From contig WGMK01000010.1 of the NCBI GenBank assembly GCA_016125095.1, forward strand, positions 438,149 to 502,148: a stretch of 64,000 nt of DNA, in the 5' to 3' direction. The stretch's first letter is position 1, and each line of letters opens with the position of its first letter. Under the pieces are notes generated by a model. It was given only the letters and a program-made list of their open reading frames with translations, was not told the origin of the DNA and did not search any database. Source of the stretch: Candidatus Hydrogenedens sp. (lineage in GTDB: Bacteria; Hydrogenedentota; Hydrogenedentia; Hydrogenedentales; JAEUWI01). A program made the translations under genes and the position numbers. Below, one piece after another: positions 28,665 to 38,458 of the stretch.

Positions 28665-30155
28665 CTACTGTACAGAAACGAGTACCTGCTCGAGGCTTTC
28701 GGCGACGGTGTCGGCCATGGATTCGAGGGCGGGGAGGCGCATGTGGCACATGTCCATGAAGTACGGGATGCCTCCGCGCACGTTTTCGGCGACGGGAATA
28801 TAGATCGCGCCTTCCGCCTCGCAGAACCGCTTGAGTTCGTCGTTGCACAGGTCGACCACCTTGCCGTAGCTGAGGCTGTCGAGGTCGGTGCATCGCGGGT
28901 CGAATCTGGTGTAGAGGATGTAGTCGGGTTCGGATGTGTCGAGGGTGGGGTAGGCGAAGCTGGCGAAAGCGACCCGGGCGCCGGCGGAGCGGCAGGCCTC
29001 GAGCGTCGCCTTGAAATTGTCCAGGGTCGCATCGCGATACCCGCGGCGGATGGCCTCTTTGCCGGGCAGCAGCCAGGCATTGAAGTGCAGCCGCACGAAG
29101 GTAGAGCGCGCGAGGAAGGCCTTGATAAGGTCCGTAATCGACGCCCCGTACCAGCCGCGGTGGCTTGGCAGGAAGTCGTTGATGAAATTGTATTGGACGA
29201 CGATGTCGGGCTGCAGGGCGAGGATGTCGGGCAGGAGCTTGCGCACGGTATCGCTGCCCGCGGCGTATACCCCGCAATTCACCACCTCGATACGGTCGTC
29301 GCCCAGGGCGGTGCGCAGACGCTGCTCGGTCAGGTTGGGGTAGGTCAGGTCGCCGCGAGGTCCGCCTGCGGTGGTCGAGCCGCCGATACAGACGATGCGG
29401 CGCACGCCGTCCGGCTTGGGCACTTCCATGGGGTCGTCGCGCCAGCCTTGGGCGTTGGTGCGCAGCCGGGTGGGGGCGCCCCATTGTTCAAGCGGATTGG
29501 TCACATCGATATTCGCACGGTAGCGGAGCCCGAATTGTTCCCACAGGCTGAGACCGACGCGCAAGGGGAGCGTGCCGCTCGCATGGTCCACCGTGCCGAT
29601 ATGCCATTCGCTGAGGCACGATGAGCCATCCGGCAGGGACAGATTGTAAAATCGCGCCGGGGCGGCGTTTCCTTGCCTTGCCGATTCCAGCGCAGAGTGG
29701 AAGTCTGCCGCCTCGGCCGGATTGAGCAGCGAAAGCACCGATTCGTCCGGCCGCACGCGTTCGGCTGTGGTCGCAAGCTTTTCGTCGGAGTGTCGGTCGG
29801 GCGGAAAGCTTGCGTGTATTACGCCGGCCGCATCCACCCGCACCAGCCAATACCCCGTGCGGCCGGCCAGAGCCGCACACGCTGCGTCATCCCCCGAATT
29901 CAACACGGCCTCCCATGCGGCAGCGTCTTTGTCAGGTTCTGGCGCCGCCGACGGATCGGGGATCCCCGACACCCGCTGCAGGTCCCGCGCGCGTGCTTCC
30001 TCCGCGAGGGGAGTGCCGTAGGCGATTGCCTGTTCCCGCACCTGCGGCAGTTCCATGCGCGCCCAGAGTTCCAACGCCAGGCACGCGACAACCGCCACGC
30101 CCAGGGCGCTTGCCACGTAGAAGCATACGATTCCCGCTCGCCGTACTATCCGCAT
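28665..30155 (-). CDS. membrane-anchored SGNH/GDSL-family hydrolase-like protein
   Basis: 496 aa; an N-terminal TM helix, and a C-terminal region (RRIVCIGGSTTAGG...DIVVQYNFINDF) that resembles SGNH hydrolases. Confidence 0.55.
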   Translation of the reverse strand: MRIVRRAGIVCFYVASALGVAVVACLALELWARMELPQVREQAIAYGTPLAEEARARDLQRVSGIPDPSAAPEPDKDAAAWEAVLNSGDDAACAALAGRTGYWLVRVDAAGVIHASFPPDRHSDEKLATTAERVRPDESVLSLLNPAEAADFHSALESARQGNAAPARFYNLSLPDGSSCLSEWHIGTVDHASGTLPLRVGLSLWEQFGLRYRANIDVTNPLEQWGAPTRLRTNAQGWRDDPMEVPKPDGVRRIVCIGGSTTAGGPRGDLTYPNLTEQRLRTALGDDRIEVVNCGVYAAGSDTVRKLLPDILALQPDIVVQYNFINDFLPSHRGWYGASITDLIKAFLARSTFVRLHFNAWLLPGKEAIRRGYRDATLDNFKATLEACRSAGARVAFASFAYPTLDTSEPDYILYTRFDPRCTDLDSLSYGKVVDLCNDELKRFCEAEGAIYIPVAENVRGGIPYFMDMCHMRLPALESMADTVAESLEQVLVSVQ

Positions 30156-30220
30156 GGCCGGGATGATAGCAGCTACAGTGTGGATGCGGGGTAGCCCGCG
30201 TCGGGGCTAACCCGATGCCA

Positions 30221-30270
30221 ACGCGCCAAGGAGGTCGCCGCGCTTCGCTCGCGATAACGAGGTTGGGTGG
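30221..30270 (+). repeat. partial dispersed copy (~80% identity) of the right arm of the 38.5 kb repeat unit
   Basis: acgcgccaaggaggtcgccgcgcttcgctcgcgataacgaggttgggtgg compared with the unit segment caaagaggttgccgcgctccgctcgcaatgacgatgttggcgg. Confidence 0.4.
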
Positions 30271-30412
30271 CTGAGGCTCCGAGACAAGGCCTATCGAGTA
30301 CGATCAAACGCATCCGGTATCGCCCTTGCGAGGAGTGAGTCTTCGAGCGACGCCGCAATCTCTCTGGCGCGCGGGCGTAGGTACCAGCCGGGTCAAACCC
30401 AGTGCAGTGGAA

Positions 30413-30985
30413 TCAGTCCTCGATCAGGATGAACCGAGTGGTTGCGGCAAAGAGATACCCCGTCGAGGAAATGCGCCGTTCCAACGGCAGGCACGTATCG
30501 GCGCAAAAGGTCCAGCGCGTCCGCGTACCGATGAAATACGACCGGAACCGCCGTTTTGGTTCACTGGTGCCCAGTAGGTATAGGGTCTGGCCTGCAGCCG
30601 TACGCCTTATCCTGCTGGAAAGTTTCGGATTCTCTCGAAGCGACTGAAAGAACACGGGCGACGGATAGTTGTCGCGATACTTTGTCAGCGGTTCCCGTTT
30701 CTTTTTCCCCGGGTCATCTCCGATTTGCATGCGCTTCGTCAGCGTTCGACCATTGCATTGGTACTCGATTCTCGTACGAAAACCGCTCCTGCCGTAACCC
30801 CGTGTGTCGTAATCCTCGACAGCCTCGTACCCCCATTTCTTTCCGTCGTTAAAGAACTCGAAAGTGCCGGTGCACTTCATCCACGGCGGCATTGCCCGCG
30901 TTTCAATGTGGAAACGATATCGGCACGGGCCGGTCCAGTGCGCTTCCAGTTGGTCGAGTATTTGTTCGGTAGAACGTGCTTGCAC
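30413..30985 (-). CDS. hypothetical protein, lower GC than surroundings
   Basis: 190 aa ORF with no signal peptide and no recognisable motifs; GC is about 54%. Confidence 0.45.
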   Translation of the reverse strand: MQARSTEQILDQLEAHWTGPCRYRFHIETRAMPPWMKCTGTFEFFNDGKKWGYEAVEDYDTRGYGRSGFRTRIEYQCNGRTLTKRMQIGDDPGKKKREPLTKYRDNYPSPVFFQSLRENPKLSSRIRRTAAGQTLYLLGTSEPKRRFRSYFIGTRTRWTFCADTCLPLERRISSTGYLFAATTRFILIED

Positions 30986-31138
30986 GAGACCTTTCCTCTA
31001 ACGCTGGCCGGCGGTTGCCCCTGCCTCGCTTTCCAACAATCCATTCAGCAGCCCGGATAGAACTCCGTCCTACGGCGGAAATTCGATGGCGGCGGTACCG
31101 GCCTTGCCGTTCCCGCCGCCATTGGTTTTTATTCCCGT

Positions 31139-32863
31139 TTATCCCTTCGCCGGGGGCTCGGGCTTTTGCTCAGCGGGCTTGGGGGCCTCGGGTTTCGCGG
31201 CGGCCGGTTTGGACTCCGCGGCCTTCGGTTCGGGCTGGGCCGCTTCGTCTTCGTTGATGCGGACGAGGTATTCGGGCAGCTCGATGCCGGCGATGTCTTT
31301 CATGGTGTGCAGCATGGGGGGGAGGACGTTGGCCATGCCGCTAAGGAAGTTGGCGGTGTTGCTTTTGCCGTTGGCGCCTGCGCCGCCGTTTTCCCACACG
31401 ACGACCTTGTCGAACTTGATCTTCGAGATGGCCTCGGCGGAGGTCTTCGCAAGCTGGTCGATGTGCTCGAGCATGAGCATGCGGAAGGCTGCGTCGGCGT
31501 TGCCGCAGGCGTTCACAATTTCGCGGAGGCCTTCGCCCTTCTGGCGCAGCTTTTCGTATTCGCCGCGGGCCTCGGCCTCGAGCCGCGCGAAGATGGCCTT
31601 GGCCTCGCCTTCCGCCTCAATGCGGCGCTTCTCGGCCTCGGCTTCTGCTTCCACGATCGTCTTGGCCTTTTCGGCCTTGGCCGGGGCTTCCAGCTCGGCG
31701 CGGCGCTGGGCCTCGACGCGCTCGGCATCGGCCAGGGCGGCCTTGGCCAGCGCGAGGTTGCGCGCTTCCAACACGGCGGCCTTCGATTGCTCGGTCTTGG
31801 TTTCGGCCAGCTGATAGGCAGTCGCTTCCTGCACCTTCAGTTCCGCCTGAGACTTGGCGACGGCGGCCTTCGAGGTGTTTTCGCCCTCGATGGCGCGGGC
31901 GTCGGCCTCGGCCACGCGGATGCGCTTGTCGCGCTCGGCGTCATTCACTTCCATTTCGCGCTGGAAGGCCGCCTTCTGTTCGCCGATTTTCGCCTGGGCG
32001 TCGGCATTGGCCACCGACACGCGCATCTCGCGCTCTGCTTCCTTCACCGCGATGTCGCGCCCGAAGGCGGCGCGCTCTTCGCCGACCTTCTGCTCCTTCT
32101 CGAATTCGGCGATACGGATGGCCTGCTCGCGCTCGGCGGCCTTAATGCCCACGGCTTGGTTCTTGTGCGCCTCGGCGACCTGCACCTCCTTCTCGCGCAC
32201 GTTCTCCGCCACCTTTATCTCGCCCATCTTTTCCTGCTCGGCCACGTCGGCGCGCGCCTGCTGCACGGCCTCCGAAGCGGCCTTCTTGCCGATGGCCTCG
32301 ATATAGCCCGAATTGTCGGTGATATCGGTGATGTTCACGTTGATCAGCACGAGGCCGATCTTGCGCAGCTCGGGCTCGAGCGAGTTGAGGATCTTCGAGA
32401 GGAAGTTGTCGCGGTCGCGGTTGATTTCCTCGATGCGCATCGAGGCGATCACCTGGCGCAGCTGGCCGAAGATGATGTCTTCCGACTGCTTCTTGATGGC
32501 GGCGACCGGCAGCCCGAGCAGACGGATGGCGGCGTTGTTCATGGTGACGGCGTCGGTGCCGATGGCCACGGTGAACACGCTGGGCACGTTTACGCGGATG
32601 TTCTCCATTGAGAGGGCATCGCGCAGCGGCACTTCAATCTGGATGGGCTCGAGGCTCAGGAAGGCGTGGTCCTGGATGAGCGGCACGATGAAGGCCGCGC
32701 CGCCGTGGATGCAGCGCGAACTGCTGCCGCCGCCCACCTTGCCATAGATCACCATGATATTGTTGCTGGGGCAGCGCTTGTAGCGCGTGGCCAGCAGCAT
32801 GAGAAAGCTCGCCAGCACAATGGCAATGACGACGGCGATAATCGATGCGGTGATTCCAAACAT
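31139..32863 (-). CDS. flotillin / SPFH-domain protein (YqiK/FloA-like)
   Basis: 574 aa; an N-terminal TM helix, an SPFH/band-7 domain, a long E/A/K-rich coiled coil and a PAPKPAEQKPEPP tail. Confidence 0.85.
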   Translation of the reverse strand: MFGITASIIAVVIAIVLASFLMLLATRYKRCPSNNIMVIYGKVGGGSSSRCIHGGAAFIVPLIQDHAFLSLEPIQIEVPLRDALSMENIRVNVPSVFTVAIGTDAVTMNNAAIRLLGLPVAAIKKQSEDIIFGQLRQVIASMRIEEINRDRDNFLSKILNSLEPELRKIGLVLINVNITDITDNSGYIEAIGKKAASEAVQQARADVAEQEKMGEIKVAENVREKEVQVAEAHKNQAVGIKAAEREQAIRIAEFEKEQKVGEERAAFGRDIAVKEAEREMRVSVANADAQAKIGEQKAAFQREMEVNDAERDKRIRVAEADARAIEGENTSKAAVAKSQAELKVQEATAYQLAETKTEQSKAAVLEARNLALAKAALADAERVEAQRRAELEAPAKAEKAKTIVEAEAEAEKRRIEAEGEAKAIFARLEAEARGEYEKLRQKGEGLREIVNACGNADAAFRMLMLEHIDQLAKTSAEAISKIKFDKVVVWENGGAGANGKSNTANFLSGMANVLPPMLHTMKDIAGIELPEYLVRINEDEAAQPEPKAAESKPAAAKPEAPKPAEQKPEPPAKG

Positions 32864-32878
32864 GTTGGTGTCCTTCCC

Positions 32879-33502
32879 CTATCGGGCGGGCCGCTTAACT
32901 GCGACCGTGTTTTCGTTGAGTATTTCGACGACTTCCACGAGTGCTCCGGTGGGCAGGGCGTCGCCATCGGTCACCGCCTCCAGCTCGACCGAGCGGTCGC
33001 GCGCAGCCACGGTCACTTTGCCCGAGCCGCTGCGGGCCGCCGGTATCGCCAGGTAGACCGTCGCCGGGGCGCCCAGCACGGAAATGATCTGGAAGGTGCC
33101 GTCGTGCTTGAGGGCATAGAGCAGGTGCATGAGCCAGGCCACGGCGAACAGCGCCGCGGCGCCGCTGAGAATGGCGGCGACATAGCTGGCGTAGGGCCCC
33201 GCGCCGATCGATTGCGCCAGCAGCCCGCCCAGGCCGAAGAAAGCCACGCCCGCCACGATGCTGCGGATACTGAGTGCATGGAAAAATACGGTCGAATCGC
33301 CTAGCGGCTCGCCCGCATCGTCCAGCATGTCGAGGTCGGTGCGGGCGTCGGCCTCGCCCGAAAAATCGGTGTGCAGGTCGTGCCCGGCGCCGTCGAGATC
33401 GCCCATGCCGTGGCCGCCGTCGAGCCCCATGAACGTGAGCGCGAACATGATAATCAGCAGCGTGCTGCCGCCCGCCGCGCACACGAGAAATACCGTGAAC
33501 AT
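32879..33502 (-). CDS. NfeD/YqiJ-like membrane protein (flotillin-associated)
   Basis: 207 aa; TM helices plus a C-terminal OB-fold-like segment (GKVTVAARDRSVELEAV...VEVVEILNENTVAVKR). It lies immediately upstream of the flotillin gene, as in yqiJK. Confidence 0.7.
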   Translation of the reverse strand: MFTVFLVCAAGGSTLLIIMFALTFMGLDGGHGMGDLDGAGHDLHTDFSGEADARTDLDMLDDAGEPLGDSTVFFHALSIRSIVAGVAFFGLGGLLAQSIGAGPYASYVAAILSGAAALFAVAWLMHLLYALKHDGTFQIISVLGAPATVYLAIPAARSGSGKVTVAARDRSVELEAVTDGDALPTGALVEVVEILNENTVAVKRPAR

Positions 33503-33622
33503 GATGCCGCCTCCCTTTCCCCGGCAGAGTAGCCTACCGGACTAGGATTAGCTTACGGTGACTCTTACCCCGGAACAAGGCAATTTATTCGGCGGGCGGC
33601 GCGAATGCAAGCGGCGGCGCGG

Positions 33623-34886
33623 CTATTCGGAGGCCGCGAGCGCAGGCATGTCGATCCACACCTGAAACGCCGTGCCGTCGAGCACATCGTTCACCCGCAC
33701 CTCGAATTCGCCGGGGCCCTTCAAAATCAGGTAGCGCTTGTAAAACGGCACGTTGTTGGTCGCGCCCGTAATCAGGTTGCCGGTGGCGGCGTCGTGAATG
33801 GAAATGCGGAACTGACGCGATCCCGCGAGGGCCGGGTCGAGGTACCAGCGGACGCGCCACAAGGGCGTCTCCGTCGAGACCTCCACCCGCCGCCGCGCCC
33901 CCGCCGAAGTCATGCGGTCCAGTTCCACAAACGGAATGCGCGGCTGGTACCCTTCTTTGATGGCTGCCTCCATGCGCTGCTGCAGGTCCATCGTTACGTT
34001 CGCGCGGTACGCGCGATCCTGCGCCGTGAGTTCGGCATGGGTCAGTTCCGACAAGAGCTTCTTGTTCTCCTTGTCGAGTTGAGAAATCTGTTTGCTTAGC
34101 GCCTTCCGCTTCTCCCGCTCTCGCTCCGAAATCTGATAAGCGAGATGATCCGCGCGGGTTCGCTCCCGCTCGTAGGAATTCTCTATGCCTTCGGCGAGGT
34201 AATCGTAGAACACGTAGTCGCGGCCCGATTGCTCGCGTTGTTCACGTCGCTGCAACTCGTCATTGAGTACGTCTTCCCAGAATAGAAGCGACGGGTCTTC
34301 GTACGCGTCCTTCACGCCTTGTTCCTGGACTCTTACGGAACGGTTCTTCTGCGCTTCCCGGTCGGCAATACGGTAGTCCAGTACGCGTCGTTGCGAGGCT
34401 ACATTTCCCGCCTGCTCCACCTTCTCCTCGACCGCCTCGATGCTGCGTTTGGCATCGGCGGACATGACGGCGGAGCGCTGGCTGCGGGTGGCGGTGCGCC
34501 AGAGTTCGAGCGCGGATTCGAAGTCGGCCAGATCGCGCAGGTATTCGTCCTGGAAGTAGCCGGCGGATGCGGTCAGGTTCCGGGTCTCGGGCTCGGGCAG
34601 CGTGCGCCCCGATTCCTCTTGGGCGAGTTCGTCGCGCTTGGCCTGCCAGGCCGCCTTTAGCGCGTCGCGGGCGGACGAGTCGCTGTCGATGGTGACCTGA
34701 ACGTCGCGGCGCTTCGCGCTGACCTTGCGCACTTCGCCGGTTTCCGGAAACAGGATTTGATACTGGCCGGAGGACTCGGCAACGTAGACGTTGTAGTGGC
34801 GTTCGCCGTCGAGCACGACGGTATCGGCCGCCGCTGCCGCGCACAGGGCGCAGAAAGTAAGGATACAAATAAACCGCCGCAGCATG
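33623..34886 (-). CDS. secreted coiled-coil hypothetical protein
   Basis: Start chosen at MLRRFICILTFCALCAAAAAD (signal peptide). The ORF-track start at 35512 lacks coding character and overlaps the next gene. Confidence 0.5.
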
Positions 34887-34977
34887 ATGATGGGCCTCCC
34901 CGGCTCAATCGGGCCAGTGCAATCGTTGGAATGCCGGGGATAATACGGTACTAGCGAGGTCGATGCAACTGCCCGCC

Positions 34978-36855
34978 TCAGCCCATCCAGTAACCCAGCA
35001 GGTTCCAGTGGTAGAGCCAGGCGAAGGACATCAGTGCGCCCGCGCAGGAGGCGATATAGAGGCCGCGGTCGAGGGGGGCGATGCCTTCCCGGGACCAGCG
35101 CGCGGCGAGCAGCAGCAGGGCCGCGAGGACGCAGGCGACTCCTATCAAGGGAAGCACCAGCGAGGCGGCGAGCGCAGGGGAGGGTCCCCAGAAGATGGCG
35201 ATGGGCACCAGGGTGATGAGGGTGTAGCCGACGACGACGACGAACACGGGCATCAGGATCGCGGTCAGCGCGATCAATCGCCACCCCGCGCGCAGGGGCG
35301 AGACGGTGCCGCGGCGTCGGCGGAGCAGCGCGGCGATAGGCTGCGGCAGGATGAGCAGCAGCAGGGCCAGCGCCATGAAAGCCTGCTGGATGGCGGGGGT
35401 ATCCCACGCGGGCACCTGTTCGAAGGCGGTGGTACCGATGGCAAGCACGGGCGGGGTCGCGTCGCCGGCGGGGAGGAAGGCCACGCGGCGTCCACTGCCT
35501 GGCTCTTCCCACAGGTTGTCGCCGATTGCGGCGAAGGTGCCGCCGTTGAAGTGCAGGCTGCCGTCCGCGTCGAGTTCCGCCTGTCGGTCGTCGAGCAAGG
35601 CGCTGACCTTGGCCAGCGAATGACGCGAGAAGCGCATCATGCGGTACGGTCCGGCGATGCCGGGCGCGTGCGCAAAGGTCTGCCCTGCGGGTGGAGCATC
35701 CGCCGGCTGCGGCACGCCCAGCACCTTGCCGAAGAACAGATCGTTAATCGGATAGACGATGCCGCCGGGATTACCCACGGTGGCCTCGTGGTTGCAGGAG
35801 AAGAAATAGCCGGCATTGAAATCCGGCACGAGGACAAACTGGGTGGTGAAGCCCGAGGTCGAGCCGCCGTGTACGAGCATGCGGACGCCCCGCACGCGGT
35901 CTTCCTCGAAGCCGTAGCACCAGCCCACGAGCCCAGGCGCGTGCCGGAAATGCGTTTCCTGCATCAGCGCCGAGGTCTCCGGCTGGAGAATCCCCCCGCC
36001 GTGCTGCAGGTGGGCGAGCATAAACCGGGTCATGGCGTCGCCCGTCACCATAAACGACCCCGCCGGGTAGTCGTTGCTGTAGTCGTAGGGCATCACCTCG
36101 TAGGCGCCGTTACGGTAAACATAGCCGGTGGCCAGGTTCGGCGTGTCGGCGTCCTGCAGCATGAATCCCGCGTGCTCCATGCCCAGCGGCGCGAGGATGT
36201 GCTCGTCCACGTATTGGTGAAAGGGCATGCCGCTCAGCCGCTCGACCAGATAGCCCGCCAGCGTGTAGCCGTAGTTCGAATAACTGAGGATTTTTCCCGG
36301 CGGAATGATCCGCTCCGGGCGCAGCTTCCGCACGGACTCGGCCAGTGTCAGCCGGTCTTCTTGCGTCAGGGTCGACATCCCGATGTAGCGATCATCGAAG
36401 CCTGCCGTGTGGGTGAGCAGATCGTTTAGCGTAATGGGACCGAAGCCCTGGTCCGGCAGGGCGTACTCTCCCAGCCAGGTGTTTACGTCCGAGGTGAAAT
36501 CGAGCTTGCCCGCTTCTGCCAACTGCATCACTGCCGTCGCCGTGAAGAGCTTCGACACCGAAGCGATGCGGAACAAGGTATCGTCCGCGCTCACAGGTTT
36601 CTTAGTGTCGAGATCCGCAACACCGTAGCCCTGCTTGTAGGCGACCTTGCCATCGGCTACGACGACGAACACGGCCCCAGGCAGATGGCGTGCGGCCATC
36701 TCCTTCTCGAACAGCGCGTCGAAATCGGCTGCCCACGCGGGGGCTTCGGGTTGCTTCGTCTGCGCTACCGACGGCAGGGCGAGCAGGAACAGGGCCGCAG
36801 CCAGTGCGATACATTGAAGAGTCTTTCCCAGATACACGACAACCTCCCCGAGCAA
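34978..36855 (-). CDS. serine hydrolase of beta-lactamase/transpeptidase fold with C-terminal multi-TM domain
   Basis: 625 aa; signal peptide, the S-x-x-K motif SVSK, YSN and HGGST motifs, then about 4 TM helices. Confidence 0.8.
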   Translation of the reverse strand: MLGEVVVYLGKTLQCIALAAALFLLALPSVAQTKQPEAPAWAADFDALFEKEMAARHLPGAVFVVVADGKVAYKQGYGVADLDTKKPVSADDTLFRIASVSKLFTATAVMQLAEAGKLDFTSDVNTWLGEYALPDQGFGPITLNDLLTHTAGFDDRYIGMSTLTQEDRLTLAESVRKLRPERIIPPGKILSYSNYGYTLAGYLVERLSGMPFHQYVDEHILAPLGMEHAGFMLQDADTPNLATGYVYRNGAYEVMPYDYSNDYPAGSFMVTGDAMTRFMLAHLQHGGGILQPETSALMQETHFRHAPGLVGWCYGFEEDRVRGVRMLVHGGSTSGFTTQFVLVPDFNAGYFFSCNHEATVGNPGGIVYPINDLFFGKVLGVPQPADAPPAGQTFAHAPGIAGPYRMMRFSRHSLAKVSALLDDRQAELDADGSLHFNGGTFAAIGDNLWEEPGSGRRVAFLPAGDATPPVLAIGTTAFEQVPAWDTPAIQQAFMALALLLLILPQPIAALLRRRRGTVSPLRAGWRLIALTAILMPVFVVVVGYTLITLVPIAIFWGPSPALAASLVLPLIGVACVLAALLLLAARWSREGIAPLDRGLYIASCAGALMSFAWLYHWNLLGYWMG

Positions 36856-36989
36856 TAGATACGATCACGCCACCCAAGCTGCCAGCGGCGCGCCAGGCCG
36901 GTGGGGCACCATGCCCCCCGGGGCGTCCCAATCTCAACTGTGCGCGTATATCGGAACGCGACTTGCGGCAGGCCGTCCTGCCCGCTAGG

Positions 36990-38435
36990 ATGCCCCGCAT
37001 GGCACTAATTACGATACTGCTCAATCTCATGTCACTGGCTGCTTCTCCGGGCGAGGGCATCCCCATCGAAATTGGCAGCAGCCGCGAAGTCTTTTTCGAT
37101 GCCGCGCTGGTGGAAACCTTCGACGGCACGGAACTCCGCCTGGGGCATCCGGAAGAGCAGGGCACCGTATTGCGCTTCGATGCCCCGTGGGAAGGCCGCT
37201 ATTGCGGATACGTCACGGTTTTTCAGGATGCGGACCGCTACCGCATGTACTACCGCGGGCTGCCCCAGGCGGGCAAGGACGGGTCGGATTCGGAAGTGAC
37301 CTGCTATGCCGAAAGCGCCGACGGCCTGACGTGGACCAAGCCGGACTTGGGCGTGGTGGTTCGAGCAGACGCCCCGGCGAACAACATTGTGCTGGCGGAC
37401 CACGCGCCGTTCTCGCACAACTTCGCGCCCTTTCTCGATACGAACCCCGACGCCCCGGCGGAGGAACGCTACAAGGCGCTGGCGGGCACGGCGAAGACGG
37501 GCCTGCATGCCTTCGTGTCGCCGGATGGCATCCACTGGACCCAGCAGGATGGCGCCCGGATTACCGAAGGCGCCTTCGATTCGCAGAACGTTTCCTTCTG
37601 GTCCGAGTCCGAGCAGCAATACCTCTGTTATTTCCGCACGTGGAGCAAGGGCGAGTTTGCGGGTTACCGTTCGGTCAGTCGTGCGACCTCGAAAGACTTC
37701 CGCACGTGGAGCAAGCCCGAGCCGATGACCTTTGGCAACACGCCGATGGAGCACCTCTACACCAACCAGACGGAGCCCTATTACCGCGCGCCGCATGTTT
37801 ACGTCTCACTGGCGGCGCGGTTCATGCCGGGACGGCGCGTGCTCAGCGCGGCGCAGCAGGCCGCTACCGGCGTCGAGGCGCAATACAGCGGCGATTGCAG
37901 CGACAGCGTGTTCATGAGCAGCCGCGGCGGCACGGCCTACGACCGCACGTTCATGGAAGGCTTCATCAAGCCGGGGCTGGATCCGAACGACTGGACCTCG
38001 CGTACGAATTATCCCGCGCGGGGCATTGTGCCGACGGGCGAACACGCCATGTCGTTCTACGTGCAGCGCGACTACGGCCAGCCCACCGCGCACCTCGTGC
38101 GCTACAGCCTCCGGCCCGATGGTTTCGTGTCCGTCTGGGCACCCTACGCGGGAGGAGAAATGCTGACGAAGCCCCTCGTGTTCAGCGGCAATTCGCTGCA
38201 CCTCAACTTCGCCACCTCCGCCGCGGGCGATGTCCGCGTGCAAATCGAGTCCGCCGAAGGCGAACCGCTGCCGGGGTATGCCTTCGAGGACTGCACCGAA
38301 ATCATCGGCAACAACCTCGATCACGCGGTCGAATGGAACGGCAGCACGGACGTATCCAGCCTCGCCGGGCAGGCCATCCGCCTGCATTTCCAGATGAAAG
38401 ACGCCGAACTCTACGCGATTCAGTTTGTGGAGTAA
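36990..38435 (+). CDS. secreted putative glycoside-hydrolase-like protein (beta-propeller-like fold suspected)
   Basis: Start chosen at MPRMALITILLNLMSLAASPGEG (signal peptide). W/Y-rich repeats; no precise family can be assigned. Confidence 0.45.
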   Translation: MPRMALITILLNLMSLAASPGEGIPIEIGSSREVFFDAALVETFDGTELRLGHPEEQGTVLRFDAPWEGRYCGYVTVFQDADRYRMYYRGLPQAGKDGSDSEVTCYAESADGLTWTKPDLGVVVRADAPANNIVLADHAPFSHNFAPFLDTNPDAPAEERYKALAGTAKTGLHAFVSPDGIHWTQQDGARITEGAFDSQNVSFWSESEQQYLCYFRTWSKGEFAGYRSVSRATSKDFRTWSKPEPMTFGNTPMEHLYTNQTEPYYRAPHVYVSLAARFMPGRRVLSAAQQAATGVEAQYSGDCSDSVFMSSRGGTAYDRTFMEGFIKPGLDPNDWTSRTNYPARGIVPTGEHAMSFYVQRDYGQPTAHLVRYSLRPDGFVSVWAPYAGGEMLTKPLVFSGNSLHLNFATSAAGDVRVQIESAEGEPLPGYAFEDCTEIIGNNLDHAVEWNGSTDVSSLAGQAIRLHFQMKDAELYAIQFVE

Positions 38436-38458
38436 GGGGGATAGCGGGCGATCGGTAG

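Noticed and set aside
31150-31270. GC-rich low-complexity repeats at the 3' end of the flotillin gene.
   Set aside because: It codes for the KPEAPKPAEQKPEPP tail of flotillin and is not an independent repeat element.
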